A stretch of DNA of 64,000 nucleotides, from positions 2,085,336 to 2,149,335 of the forward strand of contig CAVVHH010000002.1 in the NCBI GenBank assembly GCA_963748005.1, read 5' to 3'. How positions within the stretch are numbered: the stretch's first letter is position 1; every line of letters starts with the position of its first letter. This document shows positions 10,158-18,857 of the stretch, piece after piece. A model generated the notes under the pieces. That model was not told where the DNA came from. It saw nothing but the letters and a program-made list of their open reading frames with translations, and ran no database searches. The translations under genes and the position numbers were made by a program. The DNA comes from an uncultured Pseudomonadota bacterium (GTDB taxonomy: Bacteria; Pseudomonadota; Gammaproteobacteria; Steroidobacterales; Steroidobacteraceae).

Positions 10158-10268
10158 GTGGCCGCAAGGAAATGCCGTTCGCTGGCTCCCATTTACTGTC
10201 GCTTGTCATCGTTCTGACTTTTTACTGGCTTACGATTTTCAGTTATCGCTACCGTCCGTCAAATCAAC

Positions 10269-11168
10269 ATGTCTACAACTTTACCCACCGCACCACTGCC
10301 CACGTCCAGCTTTGACGATGCGACGCCGTTGCACCGGAAGACCCATCTGCCGGGCTGGACGCGTGAACCGTTGCTGCATTTTGTGGTGCTGGGTGGGCTG
10401 CTGTTCGGCATCGATCAGGTCGTGGCCAGCCGGGTTGACGATCCGCACACCATCGTGGTGGGCACCGAAGTGGACAGCGAAGCGGTGCACATATTCGAGG
10501 AAACGCGCGGCCGGGAGCCGAATGAAGCAGAGCTTAAAGCCTTGCATCAAATCTGGCTTGATAACGAAGTGCTGTATCGCGAAGGTCTGGCGATGCAGGT
10601 TGACAAGGGCGACGATGCGATTCGCGAACGCGTTATCTTCAAGGCGTTAAGCGTGATCGATGCGAACGTCAAGTTGCCACCGATCAGCGATCAGCAGCTG
10701 CGCGAGTGGTTCGAGAGTCATCGCGCCAAGTACGACGAGCCGGCCCGCTACGATTTTCAGGAAGCTGCCCTCGCGGGTGATACTTCCGAGTCGGCGGTGC
10801 GCGCCTTCGTCGACGCGTTGAATGCCGGCACGCCCGGTGATGCTCAGGCCGGATTGAGGGTCTTCAAGGGCCGGCCGTACGCCAACCTCGTGCAAAGTTA
10901 TGGCGAGGAGTTTGCCAAAGCGCTTGAAACGATACCGCCAGGTCAATGGCGGGCTTTGCAGACGCGCGATGGCTGGCGAGCCATGCGGCTAGATAGAAAT
11001 ACGCCCGCAAAGCCAGCCGTCTATGAAACATTGCGCGGCGTGGTAATGCAGGACTGGAAGGACGCCATCGCATCCGAGCAACGTACTGCAGCCGTGCGCA
11101 CGCTGGCGAAGAAATACACGGTGAAGTTCGAAACGCATACCGAGCAGTCAGGACACTCAACCAAATGA
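10269..11168 (+). CDS. PpiC/SurA-type rotamase-family-like periplasmic/anchored protein (function uncertain)
   Basis: 299-aa ORF with an N-terminal hydrophobic helix (LLHFVVLGGLLFGI). Its overall composition resembles PPIC-type PPIase-domain proteins that precede HupE-like genes. The stop overlaps the next start (ATGA at 11165-11168). Confidence 0.4.
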   Translation: MSTTLPTAPLPTSSFDDATPLHRKTHLPGWTREPLLHFVVLGGLLFGIDQVVASRVDDPHTIVVGTEVDSEAVHIFEETRGREPNEAELKALHQIWLDNEVLYREGLAMQVDKGDDAIRERVIFKALSVIDANVKLPPISDQQLREWFESHRAKYDEPARYDFQEAALAGDTSESAVRAFVDALNAGTPGDAQAGLRVFKGRPYANLVQSYGEEFAKALETIPPGQWRALQTRDGWRAMRLDRNTPAKPAVYETLRGVVMQDWKDAIASEQRTAAVRTLAKKYTVKFETHTEQSGHSTK

Positions 11169-12130
11169 ACTCCCGGTTGCATACGTGGCTGCTGGCGGGG
11201 ATTGCGCTGCTGACAGCATTCCTTCCCGACCTGGCAAGCGCACATGAGATGAGCATGGCCGAGATGGAGTTGCGCGAAATGTCGCGCGGCGAGTTTCTCT
11301 GGCAGTGGTCAGCCACCAACGACAAACGGCCGGGCACCGATGACCTGCAGCCCCACTGGCCGGAAAGCTGCGTGGCCGAATCAAACGTACTTCACTGTGG
11401 TCAGCAGGGTCTGCGCGGCACACTGTCAATCGACGGCATCGGCAAGGGCTATTCGGCTGCGCTGGTGAAGGTCTTCTGGCTTGATGGCCAGTCACGTGTG
11501 TACACGTTCACGACCGGTCAGCAGAAGATCCAGCTGTATGGTTCAGCGGATGACCGGCGTGGCCGGGGCGAGATCGCTTCAGCGTACATCGTGCTGGGCA
11601 TCGAGCATATTCTCAGCGGCTTCGACCATCTGCTGTTTGTGTTCGGGTTGCTGTTTCTGGTCGGTTTTCAACGCAAGCTGGTGTGGACGATTACGGCATT
11701 TACTGCGGCGCACAGCCTGACGCTGGCCAGCGCTGCGTTGGGTTGGCTGACGCTGCGTTCACCGCCGGTGGAAGCCACCATTGCGCTGTCGATCGTACTG
11801 GTGGCCGGCGAGGCGCTGCATCAGCACCTGACGCTGGCGCGTCGCTGGCCGGCCGTATTGGCATTTATATTCGGACTGGTACATGGCCTGGGCTTCGCCG
11901 GCGCGTTGAAGGACATCGGACTGCCGCAGAACTATCTGCCAACCGCATTGCTGACCTTCAATATCGGTGTCGAGCTCGGGCAGTTGATGACAGTTACCGT
12001 TGCGTGGCTCGTATGGCGCGTGTTGCGGCGCTGGCCCATGGCCGGACTGGCTCGCACGCCGGCACTCTACGCGATCGGCTCGATGGCGGCCTACTGGTCG
12101 TGGCTGCGCGTGGCGGCGATAATTACCTGA
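11165..12130 (+). CDS. HupE/UreJ family membrane protein (putative Ni/Co or metal transporter)
   Basis: 321 aa with a signal peptide. GIEHILSGFDHLLFVFGLLFL is the characteristic H-x3-G-x-DH-x2-F motif, followed by multiple TM helices. Confidence 0.75.
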   Translation: MNSRLHTWLLAGIALLTAFLPDLASAHEMSMAEMELREMSRGEFLWQWSATNDKRPGTDDLQPHWPESCVAESNVLHCGQQGLRGTLSIDGIGKGYSAALVKVFWLDGQSRVYTFTTGQQKIQLYGSADDRRGRGEIASAYIVLGIEHILSGFDHLLFVFGLLFLVGFQRKLVWTITAFTAAHSLTLASAALGWLTLRSPPVEATIALSIVLVAGEALHQHLTLARRWPAVLAFIFGLVHGLGFAGALKDIGLPQNYLPTALLTFNIGVELGQLMTVTVAWLVWRVLRRWPMAGLARTPALYAIGSMAAYWSWLRVAAIIT

Positions 12131-12678
12131 TGGAATTCAGCATGCCTCGTCAGTCGCTAACGCTTGTGGCGCTGTTCGCGATCAGCTTCATGGCCTTTGT
12201 TGGTTATCCCTACCTGACGCGTCCGCAAAGCGCCGCCGCAGCCAAAGCACTGGCAACCGCGGCCGCTCCTGTGTCCACCCAGCAAGTCGAGAGCGGTGCG
12301 GGGCAGATTGAGCCGACGAACGCGTCACCATCCACCCCTGCCGAGGAATTGGACAAATTAATAGCCGAAGCGACTGGGGAAGATGCCAGGGCACGCGCTG
12401 CTGCGATTACCGCACTCGGTACAGCGCCAAGATTACAGGCAATACCCGTTCTGCAGAGAGTGCTGAGATCGGGCGAACCGGTTGTCGATCGGCCGTTGGC
12501 GCTGAACTCCCTGCGCACATTGGCGCTGCAACAGGGCGATGCAGATGGCGGCATCCGCAACGTGCTCCGCCAGGCGATTTATCACGGCGACGATGAAGCA
12601 ACGACGAATGGCGCGCAGACAACACTGGATGACGTTGAAGGCTATCTCAGCCAAGCCGTTGCGAATACACACCCTTGA
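12130..12678 (+). CDS. Membrane-anchored HEAT-repeat-like hypothetical protein
   Basis: The ATG at 12130 overlaps the HupE stop (ATGA). It has an N-terminal TM (LTLVALFAISFMAFVGY). ARAAAITALGTAPRLQAIPVLQRVL resembles PBS-lyase HEAT repeats. Confidence 0.5.
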   Translation: MEFSMPRQSLTLVALFAISFMAFVGYPYLTRPQSAAAAKALATAAAPVSTQQVESGAGQIEPTNASPSTPAEELDKLIAEATGEDARARAAAITALGTAPRLQAIPVLQRVLRSGEPVVDRPLALNSLRTLALQQGDADGGIRNVLRQAIYHGDDEATTNGAQTTLDDVEGYLSQAVANTHP

Positions 12679-12703
12679 GCCTGTGCTCGCTTACAACCAG
12701 CAA

Positions 12704-14008
12704 TCAGCGTGGCGCCTTCAGTCCCTGTTCGATCATTCCGGTAAAGCCATCGACGATTGTGTTCTCGCCGCAGCCGGGCTTCAGTGATGAGGCACGGTTT
12801 TCAAAAATCAACGCATCATAGGCTGCGTCGTCGATGATGTAACTGACACGACCATTGCTCAGCGACACCAGTATGGTGTTCACCAGGGGCGATTTCTGCT
12901 TGAGGTGCGAGTAGATATTGGTGACTACCTCGCCGGCGAATCCCGCCAGCGCGATGTTGTTGATCATGAGCAGTCCGAGGCGCATGGGTTGCGGGTCGGC
13001 ATCGATGAAACGGATCACACCGGCCGGCGCCTGCGGGTCGCGTTGACGACCGGGACAGTAGCTGAGTTTTTCATCCGACCAGATACGCGCAGTCGTTTCG
13101 AACCTGGCGGAATCCGCGGCGCGAATCGCTTCTTCACCCAGCACACGGCCAAGCGTGTCCGAGAGCTGAAAGCCTTGTTCACCCGGCTCGCGAATCTTGT
13201 GCGTGAGCACATCGTCCAGATCCCATGACGAGAAGATCGGGTTCTGATCACCTGCGGGACCGGAAGTCCACAGCGCCACTGCCTTGTCGTGATAATAGGA
13301 CTCGATGAAGCGCGATGTTGAGCCGGGCAGGTCGCCGGTGATCTGGTCGTTGTCAGGCCCCAGCATCAGGCCATGCACACCGTAATTGACAAAGAACGCC
13401 AGCGGTTCGCCAGCCAGCGTGTCAAAGCGCAGCACCCACACTGTCTTGTCGGAGGGGCGAGCGGGATTGCGCCCCGTCTTCCAGCGATCGCCAACAAATT
13501 CGTCACGATTGATGTTGATGTCGGCACGGCCGGCAGCGAGACCCATCCTTGCAGGTTGCAGCCCCGCCTTTGCCTTGCGTACGGCATCGAACAGGGCTTG
13601 TTCTGCTTTGGCATAGAAAGCAGCGGATTGCTCACCGAGCTGGCGGCCCTGTACGGCAGGGCCGATGCCGAACACGGGCGCGTTGTGCCCGTGAGTTGCG
13701 GTAATCATGATGTTCTGCGCCGGAATGTTTAATTCCTTCTGCATGCGTTGTCGCAAAGGCAGTGTGTCCGGAGTGGAGCTGGTATCCACTGCGATGAGCG
13801 CTGCACTGGTAGCGCCATTGTCGATCACGATGGTGCGGATATAAATGTGATCGTGAATGCCCTTGAATTCGTTACCCCACACGTTCTTCAGGCCACTGGC
13901 CTGAGCAGGGGTAATATCAACCCGGGCGGCACCGACACGGAGGGCGTTCTGGCCGAACGCGGACGAGAGCGCCAACAGCAAAGGAAGAACCAGAGTGATG
14001 TGTTTCAT
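12704..14008 (-). CDS. Exported neutral/alkaline ceramidase-N-terminal-domain-like hydrolase (paralogue 1 of 3)
   Basis: ORF 12704..14017; the likely start is the ATG at 14008 (MKHITLVLPLLLALSSAFG signal). LRVGAARVDITP plus ITATHGHNAP match the family signature. It is colinear with 22987..24309 and 45444..46757. Confidence 0.7.
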   Translation of the reverse strand: MKHITLVLPLLLALSSAFGQNALRVGAARVDITPAQASGLKNVWGNEFKGIHDHIYIRTIVIDNGATSAALIAVDTSSTPDTLPLRQRMQKELNIPAQNIMITATHGHNAPVFGIGPAVQGRQLGEQSAAFYAKAEQALFDAVRKAKAGLQPARMGLAAGRADININRDEFVGDRWKTGRNPARPSDKTVWVLRFDTLAGEPLAFFVNYGVHGLMLGPDNDQITGDLPGSTSRFIESYYHDKAVALWTSGPAGDQNPIFSSWDLDDVLTHKIREPGEQGFQLSDTLGRVLGEEAIRAADSARFETTARIWSDEKLSYCPGRQRDPQAPAGVIRFIDADPQPMRLGLLMINNIALAGFAGEVVTNIYSHLKQKSPLVNTILVSLSNGRVSYIIDDAAYDALIFENRASSLKPGCGENTIVDGFTGMIEQGLKAPR

Positions 14009-14205
14009 GACCCTCACAATAAGAGATGAGCCTGGACAAGTACAAGGTATGCAAATCGCGCATCCTTGTTTGTTTACGAATCGGGTTCATCGCCAGGCAT
14101 GACGTCACTCCAGCAGTCACTGACAAGACTTCACACTTGTTAATTGCACTATCAGTTGTCGGAGCCGTACGATCTGCAGGCTTTTTTCACCACGCGGGGC
14201 TCAAC

Positions 14206-14844
14206 ATGAAAACAAATTTACTCGCTGCTGTTTGCGGTGCCGCCACAATTGCCTTGTTGAGCGCCGCACATGCACAGATGCCTCCTCCTCCCGGTGCGGC
14301 GCCAGGACCCAATCCTGCTGTCACGCCAGATCCGACGCGTTTGCCGGGAGACAATCCACCCATGATGGGACCACGGCCAGCGGGCGCGCCCCCGGCTGGA
14401 GGACCTCCACCCGCCGCCATGCCAAGACCTGCCCCAGCACCGGGTCCATCGCTGGTACTGGCGCTTGAAGCTGCACAGGCTGCGCTTGATGCATGCACTG
14501 CAGATGGACTCAAGGTGGGCGTCGCGGTGGTGGACTCTGCGGGTCAATTGCGAGTTGGACTGATGGCTGATGGCGCGAACCCAGGTCGCATCTACATGGC
14601 GGTTCGCAAAACGCTGACCGCACTGGCATTCAGGACCCCGAGTTCCGAGGCGCAAGCAAAAATCGCTGCCGATCCCGCTGCCGCTGCCATGGTCAAGCCG
14701 AACATGGCGACCGTCCCCGGTGCAGTGCCGCTGCTGGTGGGAGACCAATTGCTGGGAGCCGTCGGCGTCAGCGGTGCCACCAGTCAACAGGACGAAAAGT
14801 GCGCCGTGGCGGGCGCTGCGAAGATCAAGGCACGGTTGCAGTAG
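14206..14844 (+). CDS. GlcG/HbpS (DUF336) family haem-binding-like protein with signal peptide and Pro-rich linker
   Basis: ATG at 14206 (MKTNLLAAVCGAATIALLSAAHA). The C-terminal domain has VGVAVVDSAGQLRV...GAVGVSGATSQQDEKCA, typical of GlcG. Confidence 0.7.
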   Translation: MKTNLLAAVCGAATIALLSAAHAQMPPPPGAAPGPNPAVTPDPTRLPGDNPPMMGPRPAGAPPAGGPPPAAMPRPAPAPGPSLVLALEAAQAALDACTADGLKVGVAVVDSAGQLRVGLMADGANPGRIYMAVRKTLTALAFRTPSSEAQAKIAADPAAAAMVKPNMATVPGAVPLLVGDQLLGAVGVSGATSQQDEKCAVAGAAKIKARLQ

Positions 14845-14871
14845 TTAGTTGGAAGGCTGAGCCAGCGATGT

Positions 14872-14903
14872 AAAAAAAGAGGCAGCCACGCTGCCTCTTT
14901 TTT
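14872..14903. terminator. Rho-independent (potentially bidirectional) terminator
   Basis: A7 run, GAGGCAGC (14879-14886), loop CAC, GCTGCCTC (14890-14897), then T6. Confidence 0.8.
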
Positions 14904-15034
14904 GCTGAACACGCAGCTCGTGAATACACGTCCCGCAGCGCGTAAGATTGAGAATTGAACAGGGACTTGCGCTTCGCGGTCCCAACCCTGCTTCCAATGG
15001 TTGAACAGCATTTCTTGAGAGGTACGGCAGTTTT

Positions 15035-16606
15035 ATGAAACACACATTCCTGTGCGCCGGGGGACTGCTGACCTTGTTGGGCACTACCTTTGCGTCGCAG
15101 GCGCTGGCCGCCACCACGCATACCGCCTGCGCAGATCTTGCCGCCGCGAAATTACCCGACACAATGATTACCCTGGCCGAGGAAGTCACCAGCGGCACCT
15201 TGACCACTGGTGGCGAAAGACCGATGACCGGCCTGCCACCATTCTGCCGCGTCGCAGCGACTACCAAGCCAGCGGTCAAGTTCGAAGTCTGGCTGCCGCT
15301 CGACAACTGGAATGGCAAGTTTCAGGGCGTGGGCAATGGCGCCAACGCCGGAAATATCAGCTATGGCGCAATGGTCACAGCGCTGAAGCGCGGTTATGCA
15401 ACCGGCAGTACGGACACCGGTCATCAAACCGAGAATGCTCGCGATGCGTCCTGGGCTTTGGGACATCCGGAGCTGGTCACCGACTTCGGCTATCGCGCCA
15501 TCCATCTGATGACCGACAACAGCAAGAAGATCGTCAACCAGTTCTATTCACAGCCGGCAGCACATTCGTATTTCGTTGCCTGCTCCACGGGCGGGCGCCA
15601 GTCGATGATGGAAGCGCAACGCTTTCCGGAAGATTACGACGGCATCATTGCCGGTGCGCCGGCATTCAACTGGTCGCGCTTTCAGACCGGCGGGCACGCA
15701 TGGGATGCGGCGGCGGTGAACAAGGATCCCGAGAGTTATCTGCCGACGTCGAAGCTCAGGGCGTTGGGCGATGCGGTGAACGCGGCATGCGACAAGCTGG
15801 ATGGCATTGCCGACGGCATTCTCAACGATCCGCGCCAATGCAGCTTCGACGCAAAGGCGCTGCAGTGTGCGGCGGGCGTAGACGATGCCAGTTGCCTGAC
15901 GCCGAAGCAGGTAAAGGCCGTTAATGACATCTGGGCAGGCTCGCGCACCGCCAAGGGCGAGGTGATCTATCCCGGCATCTCGCGTGGCGCCGAAGCGGCG
16001 CAGGGCGGCTGGAACGCCTACACGACGGGCACCGGCCCGATGACAGGCACACACTGGGATCAGGCCGAGAACACGATGAAGTACATCATCGTTGAAGATC
16101 CCAACTGGAAGTTGAGCAGCTTCGATGTCGAAAAGGACGCCGCTTATGCTGTGAAGAAGGTCGGCAAGACCATGGATGCGTTCGATGCGGATCTGTCGCG
16201 CTTTCGCGCCCGTGGCGGTCGTCTGTTGATGTACCACGGCTTCAACGATCCGAACATCGCGGCGCAGAACACGATCAACTACTACGAGCAGGTGGTAGCA
16301 AATGTGAAGAAGAAGTCGAAAGGGCAGGACGCGCTGGCACAGACGCAGGAATTCGCGCGGCTATTCCTGGCGCCGGGTGTGCTGCACTGTGGTGGTGGCC
16401 CGGGCCCGAGCAACTTCGACATGGTGACCGTGCTGGAACAGTGGGTCGAGCAGAAGCAGGCGCCGGAGCGCATCATCGCGTCGCACTCGACCAACGGTAC
16501 CGTCGATCGCACGCGCCCGCTGTGTGCGTATCCCAAGATGGCGTCTTACACGGGGAGCGGCAGTACGGATGATGCTGCGAATTTCGTGTGTAAGGATGCC
16601 CAGTAA
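15035..16606 (+). CDS. Tannase/feruloyl esterase family alpha/beta hydrolase (exported)
   Basis: 523 aa with a signal peptide. FCRVAATTKPAVKFEVWLPLDNWNGKFQGVGNGANAG and CSTGGRQ (nucleophile motif) are typical of the tannase/feruloyl esterase family. Confidence 0.85.
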   Translation: MKHTFLCAGGLLTLLGTTFASQALAATTHTACADLAAAKLPDTMITLAEEVTSGTLTTGGERPMTGLPPFCRVAATTKPAVKFEVWLPLDNWNGKFQGVGNGANAGNISYGAMVTALKRGYATGSTDTGHQTENARDASWALGHPELVTDFGYRAIHLMTDNSKKIVNQFYSQPAAHSYFVACSTGGRQSMMEAQRFPEDYDGIIAGAPAFNWSRFQTGGHAWDAAAVNKDPESYLPTSKLRALGDAVNAACDKLDGIADGILNDPRQCSFDAKALQCAAGVDDASCLTPKQVKAVNDIWAGSRTAKGEVIYPGISRGAEAAQGGWNAYTTGTGPMTGTHWDQAENTMKYIIVEDPNWKLSSFDVEKDAAYAVKKVGKTMDAFDADLSRFRARGGRLLMYHGFNDPNIAAQNTINYYEQVVANVKKKSKGQDALAQTQEFARLFLAPGVLHCGGGPGPSNFDMVTVLEQWVEQKQAPERIIASHSTNGTVDRTRPLCAYPKMASYTGSGSTDDAANFVCKDAQ

Positions 16607-16639
16607 GTCTCAGCATCGCCTGCTTGCGGGGTCTTTGAT

Positions 16640-16777
16640 CTAAGGAAGGTCTGATTTACTTGTCATTTCGAACGCAGTGAGAAATCTTTCTTTGCTTGGA
16701 TACTTGGCTATCAATCACTTGCAAGATTTCTCCCTTCGGTCGAAGTGACAGTGATGGGTTAATCAGACATTCCCTAA
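16640..16777. repeat. ~138-bp imperfect palindrome (MITE-like element) at the left edge of the low-GC island
   Basis: Outer arms: TTAAGGAAGGTCTGAT.. / ..ATCAGACATTCCCTAA. Inner arms: GTCATTTCGAACGCAGTGAGAAATCT (16662-16687) against the reverse complement of AGATTTCTCCCTTCGGTCGAAGTGAC (16724-16749), about 22/26 matches. Confidence 0.6.
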
Positions 16778-16835
16778 TCCATTCGGTTTGAGCGTGTCGA
16801 AGCTTGCTTCTGCAGGCTCAGCCCGAACTGGAGAA
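16778..16835. repeat. Second nested hairpin repeat
   Basis: TTCGGTTTGAGC (16782-16793) pairs with GCTCAGCCCGAA (16817-16828), with an inner GAAGC-TT-GCTTC hairpin. One frame reads NPFGLSVSK...SARTG, reminiscent of the widespread PFVLSLSKH/FDKLRANG-type intergenic repeats. Confidence 0.4.
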
Positions 16836-17192
16836 GACCGTCCTTAATGTTCCGACTTAATTAAAGCCGCAAAAAACCACAATGGAGTTGGAAACAAACT
16901 AATGTGGCTTTCGGCCCTGAGCAGTCACTCGACCCTAGACGCCAATTTTCCAGAGATCGGACATTCGAGTACCGCTTGGTGAGTCTACGGCGGTGTGGAT
17001 TCCAAGACATTCAGATTGACAAGCTCTTTGCTTGGCGGCAGAAGCGGCAAGGTTTTCGGCGAAAGCGTTGCTGCCAAGAACGACATTGACGCTGGGCAGT
17101 CTTTCTGGCGCTGCCAACGATTCCCAGCATGTGAAGGTACCCTACGTATATGATTGGTCAGTGATTAGGGAGCGCTCGGGAGATAACAAAAA

Positions 17193-18857
17193 TTGGACAT
17201 TAGAACTGCATGGGTTAAGCCACCCCCTCAGGTAGGTGGGTTGGATCATCTTGCCGTACAAGCGCCATGTATCAGTGTTTACGGACGCCTGCTGCCGGGC
17301 ATCACTAACGTTACTGACCGCGCCCGGTACTATTCTTTCTATCCGTGGCTGCTCTGGGCATTCGACAAGCGCGGCTACACCAAATTTGATGACGACTTCG
17401 TTGAGCGATTTCGACGCGCCGATTGTCTTTTCTCCCTGATCGCCGAGCGCCATGCGGCAGTTTCAGAAGATGCTCGCGAGGATCATGCGACCGCTGTTGT
17501 GGGTAGCAATACGCTTTCGCCCGTGGCCAACGGATTGGATTCGGGGGGTAGTACGACGCTGTCGAAGTACTCCCTCCGTACAGGCGCAGACATTCGCTAC
17601 TTTAAGAACAAGCTGGGCGGTCTCGGCCAGTACTACTTGGGTGTGTTGAGAGAACTGGCTATCCTCGACGGTGACACATCAAGCGGCGTTCGGTACACAC
17701 GGCAAGTTGGACAGTTTGTAGCTGAGCACATGGGTGAGGGATTCAACGGCGAGCTTTTCATGGACGTTGTTGAATCGGACCTAGTCAGTGCAAAGCAGTT
17801 AGATGACCTGAGTGGCCTTTGTCCCTGTCAATTAACTAAGAATATTGGCGAGGCAAGCATCCTCAGCGACTTGTTCTTCGTCCGGAGTAAGTTTTACGAC
17901 GTTGACGCACTACCCCGGCGCAGGTCGCTGCAACTGATTCTGCATTTGGCGGGCGAGTTATTAAATGAAGAAATCGGCCTGTATGAGGAAACATTTCGCG
18001 GCTGTGCTTACGCTGGTGCGTTGCCCAGCGGAAAGCCTTGGTTACCACCCATTTCATTGCTAAACACCAAGGAGAAGTGGGCGATCTATTCACGGAACGA
18101 ATTGCTGTCCATCGCAGTCCAGGGACTGTTCACTGTCTTGCTCGATGCATATCAGGAATCTGGTCTGCATTTTGACTCAAGCGCTGAAGTTGCAGACTGG
18201 TTCGTATCACAGCCGGAAGCTATCCAGGCGCTCGTCCAACTAGGGCCGGACCACACGTTATCAACCTGCATCAATACTTGCGGCACCTGGCTCCCACCGC
18301 TCGCCGAGTGGACACATGCAACTCACGAAGTAATGTTGGCCGAGGATATTGCTCAGTTGTCCCGACAGGCGAGTTCTGAGGAGAGTCGCCGCGACATTGT
18401 GGTCGCGTCACTTAGGGTGCTAGTTGCGCTGGCTCACAGAAAAGTAGGTCATGAGAATCCCTATGGGGACATGATTTTTGACGAGAGCTTCTTTCGGTAT
18501 TACCCGATCAACTTGGTATCGTTCAATGCACACACGGCCAGTACATGGTCCTCATTAACCATGTGCGACCTGCTTCGCTGGTTGCTGCTGAACTGGGGAA
18601 TTGAGCTTCACCTGCGAGTCGCGCTGAGGAAACTTCGAGGCCAATCGCAATCGACGTTCCGGATCCGGCCGACTGAGGACCGGGGATTGGAGGTTATTGA
18701 AGTGCCGCCAGCCGTCCATACCCGACCCCGCTTCAATCAGGCCGTACGTGTACTTAGGGATATTGGAGCGCTCAAGCGAGTCGAGAAGGACGGCGTGGAT
18801 AACTGGATACCAAGTGACCTTGGCTTGGCGATGCTGGAGTTAGGCGATGCACCCTAA
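17193..18857 (+). CDS. Hypothetical protein, 554 aa, no recognisable family; first gene of the candidate defence cassette
   Basis: Long ORF with no overlapping competitor. It starts at a TTG (GGGAG 11 nt upstream); there is no in-frame ATG until codon 180. No signal peptide or TM is evident. Its stop overlaps the downstream ATG by 11 nt. GC is lower than the flanks. Confidence 0.7.
   Translation: MDIRTAWVKPPPQVGGLDHLAVQAPCISVYGRLLPGITNVTDRARYYSFYPWLLWAFDKRGYTKFDDDFVERFRRADCLFSLIAERHAAVSEDAREDHATAVVGSNTLSPVANGLDSGGSTTLSKYSLRTGADIRYFKNKLGGLGQYYLGVLRELAILDGDTSSGVRYTRQVGQFVAEHMGEGFNGELFMDVVESDLVSAKQLDDLSGLCPCQLTKNIGEASILSDLFFVRSKFYDVDALPRRRSLQLILHLAGELLNEEIGLYEETFRGCAYAGALPSGKPWLPPISLLNTKEKWAIYSRNELLSIAVQGLFTVLLDAYQESGLHFDSSAEVADWFVSQPEAIQALVQLGPDHTLSTCINTCGTWLPPLAEWTHATHEVMLAEDIAQLSRQASSEESRRDIVVASLRVLVALAHRKVGHENPYGDMIFDESFFRYYPINLVSFNAHTASTWSSLTMCDLLRWLLLNWGIELHLRVALRKLRGQSQSTFRIRPTEDRGLEVIEVPPAVHTRPRFNQAVRVLRDIGALKRVEKDGVDNWIPSDLGLAMLELGDAP

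Noticed and set aside
17032-17235. 67-aa ORF (TTG start) overlapping the start of gene A, and the 61-aa ORF 16904..17089
   Set aside because: They have no RBS, no recognisable features and non-ATG starts, and one overlaps the much longer gene A frame. I cannot exclude a small third component or a leader peptide, but there is no support for one.
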